55,186 nucleotides of DNA from a virus (lineage: Duplodnaviria; Caudoviricetes), in the IMG/VR virus record IMGVR_UViG_3300030099_006009, positions 1-55,186 of that record. One strand, given 5' to 3'. A model generated the notes under the pieces. The model did no database searches. It saw only the letters and a program-made list of their open reading frames with translations, and was not told where the DNA came from. A program made the position numbers and the translations under genes. This document shows, one piece after another, positions 7,841 to 17,617 of this stretch (position 1 is its first letter; each line of letters opens with the position of its first letter).

Positions 7841-8007
7841 GGAATTAATTTAACGATATGTGATGGGATGACATAGATGGCACCTGTATCAGTTGTCACT
7901 CTGATAAAACCCTCAGCAGCCTTACCCTCAATAATTACTTTATCTCCACGATGTAGAGCACCCTTATCGTTAAAAAAGTCTTTAATTAACATTGCTTTTT
8001 GTTTCAT
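7837..8007 (-). CDS. 56-aa hypothetical protein, possibly SH3-like (not in ORF track)
   Basis: MKQKAMLIKDFFNDKGALHRGDKVIIEGKAAEGFIRVTTDTGAIYVIPSHIVKLIP; ATGA overlap with the upstream gene. Confidence 0.65.
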   Translation of the reverse strand: MKQKAMLIKDFFNDKGALHRGDKVIIEGKAAEGFIRVTTDTGAIYVIPSHIVKLIP

Positions 8008-8510
8008 TTGTAAAACCTCTCTGACGATGGCATATGTCCGTTATGTGAAAGGAAACAATTAGGACATAACAATCTCAGATTTTCTAATGTGTTGTTTGTT
8101 ACATCTCCGTCCACATAATCTAAACGAAGAGCAACTGATTCTTTACCTATGATAATTTCATTGTACCCACAAGAACTACATTCTTCTTCAACCCACTTGT
8201 CTTTAAGTAGTCGTTTCTTAATGTACCCAGCCCTCATACGATACTTTTTAGTGCCATCAAGAATTTGGTCAAGTGATTTTATCCATCTACCATAACCTTT
8301 TTTAATGCCGACACCTGATGGATTTAGATGCCCCTCAAACAAGCCGTATGTTTTAGCATACTTACGGTAAGTTAGGTAACTTACACCTAACCAACGAGCA
8401 GCTGCCATATTAGATTTAGTCTGAGATTGAGCATCTTCAATCATCTTCTTGGTAAGAACGAGTTTCTTACCTTTGATTCTTATCGGCTTTTGAAAGTTAC
8501 GACTTGACAT
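8004..8510 (-). CDS. Fis-like HTH fused to degenerate HNH domain
   Basis: SNMAAARWLGVSYLTYRKYAKTYGL; CSSCG...LRLDYVDGDVTNNTLENLRLLCPNCF. Confidence 0.75.
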   Translation of the reverse strand: MSSRNFQKPIRIKGKKLVLTKKMIEDAQSQTKSNMAAARWLGVSYLTYRKYAKTYGLFEGHLNPSGVGIKKGYGRWIKSLDQILDGTKKYRMRAGYIKKRLLKDKWVEEECSSCGYNEIIIGKESVALRLDYVDGDVTNNTLENLRLLCPNCFLSHNGHMPSSERFYK

Positions 8511-8718
8511 AGATTTCGTCTTTATCTCCTAACTGAACTTCTTTTAGTTCTTTCACATCAAGTGCAACTCCATCTTTAACTTTACGAAAAGTCTTAGCTT
8601 GACTATTTGGTCTTAGTCTAAATACTTCTCCGATATTCACATCACCAAAGAATTCTTTGTCAAAATCACTACCAACTTTTGGTGGATCATATCTGTCTTG
8701 AGCGTGATCGTTTGCCAT
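8497..8718 (-). CDS. Hypothetical protein
   Basis: 73-aa ORF with GGAGG RBS. Confidence 0.7.
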   Translation of the reverse strand: MANDHAQDRYDPPKVGSDFDKEFFGDVNIGEVFRLRPNSQAKTFRKVKDGVALDVKELKEVQLGDKDEIYVKS

Positions 8719-8719
8719 A

Positions 8720-8947
8720 TTAATCCTCCACCCTTTGAGAATCTTGTAAATCTCTGACTATTTTTGAAATGTACTCGAAGTTCTCTGATACAAGATCAAA
8801 GGGTTTTACTTCTGAATAACTCACCTTAGCACCTAGATTTTTTTTGTACAAAGTTATATTTAACTTATCGTACATGTTGTCAATAGCAGCTCTAAGTTTT
8901 TTTAACTCTACTGATGCTTCATCACTTATTTTCATTTTTGTCTCCAA
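8720..8947 (-). CDS. Hypothetical protein
   Basis: 75-aa ORF in operon; start uncertain. Confidence 0.65.
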   Translation of the reverse strand: METKMKISDEASVELKKLRAAIDNMYDKLNITLYKKNLGAKVSYSEVKPFDLVSENFEYISKIVRDLQDSQRVED

Positions 8948-9155
8948 ACTTAATTTCTAATTGATTTTTGTTTTCATTTTCGTCATTCCAAGGACCATCT
9001 TCCATTTCATCTATGTATCCAAATATAAAACCGGTGATGTCTTTTTCTAAGCTAGTCAATTCATTGAAGGCTAGCTTTCTGACAAAAAATCTTTCTTCTT
9101 TATCTACTATCGTGGTCATCAAGTTATTGATATAAGAACCTAATTTATTTTCCAT
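8922..9155 (-). CDS. Hypothetical protein
   Basis: 77-aa ORF; GAGG RBS and TATTTATA upstream. Confidence 0.7.
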   Translation of the reverse strand: MENKLGSYINNLMTTIVDKEERFFVRKLAFNELTSLEKDITGFIFGYIDEMEDGPWNDENENKNQLEIKFGDKNENK

Positions 9156-9183
9156 TATAACCTCATATTACACTTATAAATAG

Positions 9184-10107
9184 TTAGTTAGTCTTACAAA
9201 CAACATAGTTTTCTTCGATAAATTTAATAATATCTCCACTAGGTTTCCAACCTAAGACATCTTTAGCTTTTGTGTCTTTATTTAGTGTCTCTCTTATTTC
9301 ACCAGGTCTGGCATCAATATATTCTGTGGGATAATCTCCAAAAGCTTTAGCTATTTCATTTATGGAGTAGTTTTTACCATTACCCAACTCAAATGATTGT
9401 CCATTTACATCTTTGTTACCCCAAACATCTAAATGAGCCTCTCCACATCTAATTAAACCGTCAACAATATCACCGACATGAGTAAAGTCTCTTCTCTGTT
9501 CTCCGTCACCAGTAATTGTTAATGGATTTCCTTTTTTAAACTTTCTCTGAAAAATACCTAGTACATTACAATAGCTACCTTCACTTGCTTGATATTCACC
9601 ATATACATTGTAAAATCTACATATCGAAGTTGGAAGTTGGTATATTTTGTTATACAAGTCCAATAAGTGTTCATTCTGCCATTTGGTGAATGTATAAGGG
9701 TTAGCAAACACATCTCCGGTAACAGATGAAGAACCAGCGTATATGACAGGCGTTTCCCAATGTCTAGCCCACTCTAATACATTAATTGTTGCCATCGGAC
9801 CTGACTTGAAGGTATCTACTGGTTTTTTAAAAGATGGCACTATTCTTGGTAGTGCTGCTAAATGAAATATAATATCAACAGGCTCTATTTGACAATCACA
9901 AGTAATATCACATTCACAAGTATTCCACAAAGACCACCATATAGTATCTGATAAATCTTTATCATAATATAAACAACCCTCTTGTTCATTTTCCTTCTTT
10001 CCCGTTGAATAGTTGTCTACGGATATGACTTCATGTCCATCTTTTAATAATCTTTTTATTAAGTTAGTGCCTACAAATCCAGCACCACCTGTAACTAATG
10101 CTCGCAT
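9184..10107 (-). CDS. NAD-dependent epimerase/dehydratase (extended SDR)
   Basis: TGGAGFVG, YTFTK, RFYNVYG, GDGEQRRDFTHV. Confidence 0.92.
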   Translation of the reverse strand: MRALVTGGAGFVGTNLIKRLLKDGHEVISVDNYSTGKKENEQEGCLYYDKDLSDTIWWSLWNTCECDITCDCQIEPVDIIFHLAALPRIVPSFKKPVDTFKSGPMATINVLEWARHWETPVIYAGSSSVTGDVFANPYTFTKWQNEHLLDLYNKIYQLPTSICRFYNVYGEYQASEGSYCNVLGIFQRKFKKGNPLTITGDGEQRRDFTHVGDIVDGLIRCGEAHLDVWGNKDVNGQSFELGNGKNYSINEIAKAFGDYPTEYIDARPGEIRETLNKDTKAKDVLGWKPSGDIIKFIEENYVVCKTN

Positions 10108-11321
10108 GTTATTAACTCCTTCTCATATGTTTTTAAAGAGTTGATGTGAAATTTGAATATATCAAGTTCCATCTTCCCCAACTCTCCACTTTGTTGTAAT
10201 ATTTCTGATAAATTGACAATGGTTTGAAAATTTTGATTGTTCAATTGATTACAATCAAACTCAACTATTATGTTATTTTTTAAGTCTCGTGGTTTTTTAT
10301 TTCCATACATCCATATCTTATTGTCTAAATTAAACTGAGTATTTGATTGCTCCTCCATTCGATACTCATTTGAGTATCTACCTACCGAACCATAATCTAG
10401 ATAAATGTCACTACACCAAGGTTCTAATTCATACAACATTTGTTTATCACAATTGTATGCAACAAATCCTATGTCATATTTTGGTGGTATGATAGGTTTC
10501 AAATACTCATCGTGTTTCACCATATGTCCCCACTTACGAATAAAATTACGAGTTGACCTAAGATTCTGAGCTAACCACTCTGACGATTCTCTACCCTTCA
10601 TAAACACTTGACCTGCTGGATTTCTCATAGCTCCATCTTTAAATCGTGAACCTCTACAAGTCATATGATATACATAGCCTTGCCAAGTCTGTATCGTTTC
10701 GTATCCAGCCAATACAAACCTATTAAATATATCAGAGTCCTCTTTTGATTGTGGAGCATACAACGGGTCGTGTCCACCAATACTTGTAAAGTCATCTTTA
10801 TATATTGCCCAAGGAGCAAAGATACCATCTGTAACTTTATCTTCACCTTGTTTATCATCATCAAGAAACTTTAACAAACCTAACTCGTCAAACTCTTCTG
10901 GTTCTATACCAAAGTCTTGTAGTATCTTTTCAGGACCATCAGGATGTAGTGGTGGTTCAATACGAGTCGCACTAACTACTTTACCTCGTTCCAAATGTTT
11001 TAGAACTTCTTCATCCATTTTAGGACAGGCATACATATCAGCATGATAAATCATTACGATATCACTTGTCGCCATGTCTACTAACGTATCGTAAAGTATC
11101 GTGTGACCTAACCTCGTAGGTCCTTCGTTACGATGTATCTTTATATTACCATCTTTTTCAGCAATCTCTTGCATCCACTCCCAAGTCCCATCATCGGAGA
11201 AATCATCAGCCCAACATATTTCATGTCGGTATCCTAAGTTCTTTCTGATACTATTGTAAGACCACTTAAGGTACTTTAGATTGTTTCTACTTGGTTGTAT
11301 AAAACTTATTACCTTATCCAT
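10095..11321 (-). CDS. Glycosyltransferase family 2
   Basis: ADDFSDDGT, HADM, EDSD. Confidence 0.88.
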   Translation of the reverse strand: MDKVISFIQPSRNNLKYLKWSYNSIRKNLGYRHEICWADDFSDDGTWEWMQEIAEKDGNIKIHRNEGPTRLGHTILYDTLVDMATSDIVMIYHADMYACPKMDEEVLKHLERGKVVSATRIEPPLHPDGPEKILQDFGIEPEEFDELGLLKFLDDDKQGEDKVTDGIFAPWAIYKDDFTSIGGHDPLYAPQSKEDSDIFNRFVLAGYETIQTWQGYVYHMTCRGSRFKDGAMRNPAGQVFMKGRESSEWLAQNLRSTRNFIRKWGHMVKHDEYLKPIIPPKYDIGFVAYNCDKQMLYELEPWCSDIYLDYGSVGRYSNEYRMEEQSNTQFNLDNKIWMYGNKKPRDLKNNIIVEFDCNQLNNQNFQTIVNLSEILQQSGELGKMELDIFKFHINSLKTYEKELITCEH

Positions 11322-12294
11322 TATGTAATTCCTCTAATATATTAGTTATGTATGGCACAAAATTACTCTCCGTATACAATGAACTTTCGTAGTGAGCCAT
11401 TGTGCTAGCACTACAATGTTTGTAAAATGTTTCGTTTTTTAATTGTTTTGCTAATTCAATTGCACCTTGTAAATCTCCATCCTCTACCGTTAATGTTGGA
11501 TGTAACTCTTCTTGTGTGTCTAAACCACTATATCCAATACAAGGTATACCGTGAAAAGAACAGTTTAATGCAAATGTTCCAGCAGCGTGAGTTGGCATTA
11601 AATGAACTCCAACATGGTATTGACTTAAATTATTCATCCAATCCACCCAAGTCATGTAAGGTAGATGTTGTATATCCATCTCATCTTCTCTATCTATTTT
11701 TCTACCCATTGATGGAGCAACAATTGGCATGTTAAATTCTTGAGCTACTATATAAGAATCAAACCCACCATACCACCTAACCATATTACCACCAATAATC
11801 ACAGCATCACTCCACTCATTTCGTGGCGTGATACCCAACCTTTCAGCTAACATTAGTGTTGGCATTTTATGTACAGGTTTGTTTGTGATACCTCTGTAAT
11901 AGTTTACATCTTTATGATTATGAGCAAACAACATATCAAATTCTGTAAGAGCATTAAACCACCAAATCTGCTGTTCCATTGTGTAATCTTGGAAATACCA
12001 ATGAGGACCCTCCTGCATTGATATGGTTTTTTTACATAGTTTTTTCAAATCACCCAACATATCAAATGTCATCAATTTATCAACATTTGTTTTAGGTAGT
12101 GTTACTATGCCAAAGTCAAAATGATTATCACCAAAGTGTTGTAACACCTGTGGTAATTGAAAGATGGGATAATGTTCAGCACCCAAGATATATTTTGTAG
12201 ATACGTCATTTCTCATATTAGGATTATCTAATGAAACCTTACCTTGCCAACCACCTTCGGTAAACCAAGCTATTTTGTAGTTACTTAACCCCAT
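11314..12294 (-). CDS. Putative GT-B-fold glycosyltransferase-like protein
   Basis: C-terminal HLM..AGTFALNCSFHGIPCIG resembles a GT-B donor-binding segment; island context. Confidence 0.5.
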   Translation of the reverse strand: MGLSNYKIAWFTEGGWQGKVSLDNPNMRNDVSTKYILGAEHYPIFQLPQVLQHFGDNHFDFGIVTLPKTNVDKLMTFDMLGDLKKLCKKTISMQEGPHWYFQDYTMEQQIWWFNALTEFDMLFAHNHKDVNYYRGITNKPVHKMPTLMLAERLGITPRNEWSDAVIIGGNMVRWYGGFDSYIVAQEFNMPIVAPSMGRKIDREDEMDIQHLPYMTWVDWMNNLSQYHVGVHLMPTHAAGTFALNCSFHGIPCIGYSGLDTQEELHPTLTVEDGDLQGAIELAKQLKNETFYKHCSASTMAHYESSLYTESNFVPYITNILEELHNG

Positions 12295-13187
12295 ACTAAT
12301 TTCTTCATTTCTTCTTTGGTCATTTTTTCAGCACTAGCAGAGTTATAAGGTTCAGATAGTTTGTTATTACCTTCGTTTTTTTCCATCCTTATGTGAATAT
12401 CATCTCCGTAAATAAAAGTATTTGATATTTCTCTTTCTGATATTAAATCTTCATCTGTTTTTTCGCCTGGTCTTTTACCAACTATTTCTATGTCATCAGA
12501 AATAACTTTAGCTAAATCTAACATGTTTACGCATTTCATTTTATACGACTTTACAAAACCACCACCATTTTCTCTAGTAAACCATATCGTTCTATTGATT
12601 AAACCAGCTGCATCTTCTTTAGTGAATATTAATCTATTCATGTTTGAATCTGTAAGTTTAAGTGGTTTACCTTCTTTTTTTAACTTCAACCAAAATGGTA
12701 ATACCGAACCAGCACTATGTGCCACATTAGCAAATCTAGTCAACGCAAATCTATTGTCGTATGTGTTAGTGTTCATAAAAACCCTCTCCATTAGATACTT
12801 TGAAGCACCATAAACACTCTCTGACAAACAGGCTTTGTCTGTACTGACACCAACTGTAATTGGAATATCATTTATGACACTAGCCTCTACCACATTTAAA
12901 CTACCCATCACATTTACATTACACCCAGCAATTGGATTAGTCTCCATCAAATCAATGTGTTTCATAGCAGCTGAATGAACCACTACATCTGGTTTTACTT
13001 CTTTGAATACTCTAAGTAGTAAAGATTTATCCTCTATATTACCCACATAACATTTAACATTTGGATACTCTCTTTTTAAATTTGTTATGTTTTCTTCATT
13101 TCTACTAATACTAATGTACTCATTATCATTCTGTGCTATTATGGCTTTCCCTACAGTTCCTGTTCCACCTGTTATTAATATCTTCAT
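12285..13187 (-). CDS. NDP-sugar 4,6-dehydratase (PseB/CapD-like polysaccharide biosynthesis protein)
   Basis: TGGTGTVG, AAMKH, STDKA, YGASK, RPGEK. Confidence 0.88.
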   Translation of the reverse strand: MKILITGGTGTVGKAIIAQNDNEYISISRNEENITNLKREYPNVKCYVGNIEDKSLLLRVFKEVKPDVVVHSAAMKHIDLMETNPIAGCNVNVMGSLNVVEASVINDIPITVGVSTDKACLSESVYGASKYLMERVFMNTNTYDNRFALTRFANVAHSAGSVLPFWLKLKKEGKPLKLTDSNMNRLIFTKEDAAGLINRTIWFTRENGGGFVKSYKMKCVNMLDLAKVISDDIEIVGKRPGEKTDEDLISEREISNTFIYGDDIHIRMEKNEGNNKLSEPYNSASAEKMTKEEMKKLVWG

Positions 13188-13188
13188 A

Positions 13189-13920
13189 TCAACTCCTAAA
13201 TGCCATTTGGTTATCGTAATCTACTTTTAACCTTGGATAAAACTTTTTTTCTATATATCTAAATACGTCTTGATCTTGAGAACCTTTAGGATAGTCTTTA
13301 GGATTGGTTTTTAACCATTCATGATATTCCCCCATAGTCACACCGTGTGGAATAGCATATTTCATAGTCTCCTCTATCATTTCCTTTATAAAAGATGTTT
13401 TACCTATGTAAACTCCACTATTCAAATATCTTCCTGATTTATTAATAGTATCCACCCATTTTTTTATCTCTGGCATACAACTATAACCATCTATCGAATG
13501 TGTTGACATAAAAAGAGCATCACAATCAAAAGACTTAAATATATCCATTACTTTTTGTGGTTCATCAACCCATATCACATCTATGGCATCTAAACACATA
13601 AAGTATTCTGTTTTACATTCATCTGAATTCAAATAGTTATGTAACATCTCAAACTTAAATGTATTTCTCCACGGAAGTCTAGCATCTCTAAGAACAACTA
13701 AATCCATTCCTAAATACTCCATATTTCTTTCCAATATAGATTGTTCCTCATAACCTGATAGATGTGGTATTATTCTATCAGATAATGTTCCCTCATTTCT
13801 ACAAGTAACTATAGTCAAATCATCTGGCTTCTCAAACTGTACAGGTCCACTTTGAATCAACTGTTCCATAGCTTGTTTTACTATGTGTCTATCGTGAATT
13901 ATTGGTTGTGTTATATCCAT
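13189..13920 (-). CDS. PLOD (procollagen lysyl hydroxylase)-type glycosyltransferase domain protein
   Basis: LDAIDV, RYLNSGVYIG and QDQ match PLOD-GT F.DxYDV / YLNSGxFIG / DDQ. Confidence 0.7.
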   Translation of the reverse strand: MDITQPIIHDRHIVKQAMEQLIQSGPVQFEKPDDLTIVTCRNEGTLSDRIIPHLSGYEEQSILERNMEYLGMDLVVLRDARLPWRNTFKFEMLHNYLNSDECKTEYFMCLDAIDVIWVDEPQKVMDIFKSFDCDALFMSTHSIDGYSCMPEIKKWVDTINKSGRYLNSGVYIGKTSFIKEMIEETMKYAIPHGVTMGEYHEWLKTNPKDYPKGSQDQDVFRYIEKKFYPRLKVDYDNQMAFRS

Positions 13921-14807
13921 CCTATATCCTTCAATAGTTTTTGTATGTTTTCTAAGTAGTCCTCACCAGCTCTAAAATTACTGACAAATCCTCTCTCACC
14001 CTCAATGCAATATTTACTAATTCTTTTTGTGTTAGAAAACCACCTAGTTTTGTTTACTAACTCTAACTCTCCCAAACCACTATATAAAAAATCTCTAAAT
14101 GTTCCAGCGTGTGTGTTCCAAGCTTTAATACCATCATAACCAACACTATCAGTTCTTCCCTCTCTATTCACAATACCTAGTCCACCATCCTCAGACATAT
14201 TGAATTTATTGTCGGGTAACAAATCTATTAATTCTTTTTTATAAAAACTAAATGAACCTCTTGGTGTAAAAGCTTTTGGAATGTCCTCTGAATAACCATT
14301 GTCTAAAAAGTACCAATCATTATCATTTTTTACTAATTCAATTTTAAATTTATCTCTTCCAACTCTTGATTCTTTTATTGGCTTATAAAGTTCGATGTTA
14401 GTATCGACAATATCTAAAAATATTTTTTCAGACATTATAAGATTGTCATCATGAGTTATACAAATAATGTCATACTCCTTATAGTCGTAATATTCAGACC
14501 ATTGATTGAAACACTCCATGTCACCGACAGTATTTTCTTCAAGCATAAAATGCCAACCCAAACTAGATATCTGCTGAGTGGTTATTGGATACTCATACAT
14601 CATTTGATTTAATTGATTTAAGAAATCATCACCATCTGAGTTTCTGACATCTTCTTTTTCTTGAACAGTATTATCATCTTCTGGAAGTCTGTGTGCTACA
14701 CAAAAATAATCCACGCTCCAACCTTCAGGAACTTCTTGTTTAATCATACTCTCATAGAAATGAGAACTGAAATGCCAGCCTGTAGCTATCACCAATATCT
14801 TTTTCAC
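13911..14807 (-). CDS. Putative GT-A-fold protein
   Basis: YDIICITHDDN DXD-like motif; island context. Confidence 0.5.
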   Translation of the reverse strand: MKKILVIATGWHFSSHFYESMIKQEVPEGWSVDYFCVAHRLPEDDNTVQEKEDVRNSDGDDFLNQLNQMMYEYPITTQQISSLGWHFMLEENTVGDMECFNQWSEYYDYKEYDIICITHDDNLIMSEKIFLDIVDTNIELYKPIKESRVGRDKFKIELVKNDNDWYFLDNGYSEDIPKAFTPRGSFSFYKKELIDLLPDNKFNMSEDGGLGIVNREGRTDSVGYDGIKAWNTHAGTFRDFLYSGLGELELVNKTRWFSNTKRISKYCIEGERGFVSNFRAGEDYLENIQKLLKDIGWI

Positions 14808-16267
14808 AATACTTTAACTCCGTAAAACTTTTCAAAGTCTCTACCATCTTGTTTTGTATTAACTATCGGTTGACCTTTTATGTTAAGACTTGTATTCAAT
14901 ACCATAGGACATCCTGTTTCTTTGTAAAACCTCTTTATCAAATCATAGTATCCACGATTCTCTTTTCTGTTAATAGTCTGAACTCTTGAAGTACCATCAA
15001 CATGACATATAGCTGGATACTTTTTTGGATATTTACATTTAGCAGTAAATTGCATGTAAGAAGCTCTATTTACAGGTAAATCAAATATTTCGTGTGCATG
15101 TTCTTCCAACACAGATGGAGCAAATGGTCTAAACTTTTGTCTTTTCTTAATTACATTAACCTTATCTTTAATATCATCACCTCTTGGATCTGCGATTAAA
15201 GAACGATTTCCCAATGCTCTAGGTCCAAATTCCGCTCTTCCATTTGCTATACCAACAATCTCACCTTTTAGTAATAAATCAACACCTCTTCTAACTGGAT
15301 AACTACCTTTTATATCAGTTCCTAAGAATGTGTGAACCCAATTTATTTTTCTACCATACACTCTAGCAGCTGAACCGAGAGATGAACCGGCATCACCAGG
15401 ATTAGGCATTATCCAAATACCATCCCAATCTTTAGCTATCTTTTCATTAGCGACACAATTAAGAGCAACACCACCCATAAAGACTAGATTATTTGATTCA
15501 GGAACTATTTGTTTAGCTTTATTCATTACCTTCATTATCTCCTCTTCACATACCCATTGTGTGTTGGATGCTATGTCAAACTTCCATTGTTCCGAACCAT
15601 CATCTTTGTAAAAATCTAAATCCCACCATCTACATCCTTTATGAAGATTTATATTACTATCTACCAAATCACTATGTATTTTGTTCTTTATTTTTTCATC
15701 TCTATTTCCCCAAGCATCCATACCCATAAGGATGTACTCATCCTCTTGTGGTTTCAATCCTAACCGTTGAGTCATAGCCGAATAAAAAAGACCTATGGAT
15801 TTTGGATATTTTTGACTCCATCTCTTTTCTAACTTATCACCATTACCATACCATATCGTAACAGTTTCCCACTCACCTATAGCATCAATAACAACAATAC
15901 AAGCTTCATCAAATTTTGATGTGTAGTATCCAGCAGAAGCATGACTTTCGTGATGTTGCACATACTGAATTTGTTTGTCACCTATCCATCTTTTCAGATA
16001 CTCTTTAGGAGTATTATCTCTCCTAAACACTTCATCGTATTGCCCAGCGTATAACTGACGAGATTTCTTTAACCAAGGTCTTTCAAAATATGAAACCACA
16101 TCTGGCTCACCATACGATAGAGCTTCATTCATTATTTCATCATTCAAAAGATAGTCATTTTTCTTTCTACTATATCTCTCAGAATGTGCTGCGAACTTTA
16201 TCTCACCATCCTCTAAAACGGCAACTGCAGCATCGTGATTTAAAGCGTTTACTCCTAATATCCTCAC
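14804..16267 (-). CDS. Carbamoyltransferase (NodU/CmcH family) 1
   Basis: HDAAVA, ERYSRKK, HHESHA, GGVALNC, GDAG, EFGPRALGNRS, FRPFAP, HVDGTSRVQ, LNTSLN. Confidence 0.95.
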   Translation of the reverse strand: MRILGVNALNHDAAVAVLEDGEIKFAAHSERYSRKKNDYLLNDEIMNEALSYGEPDVVSYFERPWLKKSRQLYAGQYDEVFRRDNTPKEYLKRWIGDKQIQYVQHHESHASAGYYTSKFDEACIVVIDAIGEWETVTIWYGNGDKLEKRWSQKYPKSIGLFYSAMTQRLGLKPQEDEYILMGMDAWGNRDEKIKNKIHSDLVDSNINLHKGCRWWDLDFYKDDGSEQWKFDIASNTQWVCEEEIMKVMNKAKQIVPESNNLVFMGGVALNCVANEKIAKDWDGIWIMPNPGDAGSSLGSAARVYGRKINWVHTFLGTDIKGSYPVRRGVDLLLKGEIVGIANGRAEFGPRALGNRSLIADPRGDDIKDKVNVIKKRQKFRPFAPSVLEEHAHEIFDLPVNRASYMQFTAKCKYPKKYPAICHVDGTSRVQTINRKENRGYYDLIKRFYKETGCPMVLNTSLNIKGQPIVNTKQDGRDFEKFYGVKVL

Positions 16268-16276
16268 ATGTAACTC

Positions 16277-16381
16277 CTATTTATATATGAAATGATCTGG
16301 ATCATTCATTTTTTTCATTCTTTTTTTGAATTTTCTTTTTTTATTCCAATTTTTAAAATAATCAACTATCTTTTTTATCAT
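16277..16381 (-). CDS. 34-aa basic peptide ending DPDHFIYK (not in ORF track)
   Basis: MIKKIVDYFKNWNKKRKFKKRMKKMNDPDHFIYK; GGAGG RBS upstream; fills the gap before carbamoyltransferase 1. Confidence 0.72.
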   Translation of the reverse strand: MIKKIVDYFKNWNKKRKFKKRMKKMNDPDHFIYK

Positions 16382-17063
16382 TCTGACCTCCTGTAATATA
16401 GTTACAAATCATATCCAAAGCTAATTTATCAGCTTTTTTATTCGGATGTGGATCTATACTAATCCAATTTTTAGGTGAAATTATACTCCAATACTTTTTA
16501 AAATCCTTATCCGATTGGTTCTTGGGATTGTTAATGTGATAATATTCCCAAAACTCTAAATCATCACATTTTGTTTCATTTAAACCATATCCCGCAATCC
16601 CTTCAAACGACAAATTAATATGAGATAATTTAGCTTTTTTAAAAAAATCCACCATCTTATTATCAATATCCTTTCCATAATCATACGGATGTCTGAATGG
16701 ATAACCACCAACATTATATAAAAAGAAAACTATATTTTTGTGAATCTTATTTATATCTATAATTTTTTGTTTATATTCAGTTAACCATTTATTAGCAGCT
16801 ACTTTCTCACCCATTTTTTTAATATCACCAATAAATTCATTAAACTTTTCTGTAGTAGATACTGAATTAATTTCGTTTCTAACTGGAGTTGGTAGTTGCA
16901 CAAATATAAAATCAAAAGTATCTTTTTGAATACCTTTTAAATAACTTTCAATAGTCCACAACCCTTGACCACCAAAAGATTTTAAATCAATATCTATATC
17001 TTTTGGATAATTTTGTTTGTCCATCCTTTGAACCCAACTACAACCTGTTATTAAAATTTTCAT
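16362..17063 (-). CDS. SGNH/GDSL-hydrolase-like protein
   Basis: N-terminal ILITGCSW (block I Ser) and C-terminal DPHPN (block V). Confidence 0.6.
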   Translation of the reverse strand: MKILITGCSWVQRMDKQNYPKDIDIDLKSFGGQGLWTIESYLKGIQKDTFDFIFVQLPTPVRNEINSVSTTEKFNEFIGDIKKMGEKVAANKWLTEYKQKIIDINKIHKNIVFFLYNVGGYPFRHPYDYGKDIDNKMVDFFKKAKLSHINLSFEGIAGYGLNETKCDDLEFWEYYHINNPKNQSDKDFKKYWSIISPKNWISIDPHPNKKADKLALDMICNYITGGQNDKKDS

Positions 17064-17617
17064 TCAAAGTCCATATCATAGATTTTAGAATCATATATTG
17101 TGGACGCAGAGTATTTTATATTTTCAGTTAGTATTTCATATCCTATTTTATCTTTTACATCATACATATTTTTACCACTCACGCCATGTAAGTCTCTCTC
17201 TTTAGAACCACCTTCAAAGAAAACAACCGAACCATTTTTTATTTGGTCTTTTACACCATTATATAAAATCTCTAACTTTTCTCCAGTATTATCCACATCA
17301 AAGTACAAAAAATCAAATTCCTCAGGCTCTTTAACCCACTCAAAGAAATCTATTCTATCCAAAGTAATATAATCAGTAACACCCCATTCTTTGTATGTAT
17401 TCTGTGTTGTAGAACTATCTCCCCAATACTCATCAACCCACATATCATAAGACTTTATATGTCCATCTATATTATAATCACTAAGAGCCTTGGCCATGGT
17501 TACTGTAGTGAATCCTCTTCCTGGTCCAAACTCCACTATCTTTTTTGGTTTCACAGAAGCTACAAATCTGTACAATATTGGTAACCATTGGTACTTTCCA
17601 TGATGTGGTATTCTCAC
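17060..17617 (-). CDS. Class I SAM-dependent (O-)methyltransferase
   Basis: IVEFGPGRGFTT, FDFLYFD. Confidence 0.85.
   Translation of the reverse strand: MRIPHHGKYQWLPILYRFVASVKPKKIVEFGPGRGFTTVTMAKALSDYNIDGHIKSYDMWVDEYWGDSSTTQNTYKEWGVTDYITLDRIDFFEWVKEPEEFDFLYFDVDNTGEKLEILYNGVKDQIKNGSVVFFEGGSKERDLHGVSGKNMYDVKDKIGYEILTENIKYSASTIYDSKIYDMDFE

Noticed and set aside
16278-16285. T4-type late promoter TATAAATA on the coding strand before carbamoyltransferase 1
   Set aside because: It is the TAT AAA TAG end of the FIYK peptide and abuts the RBS.
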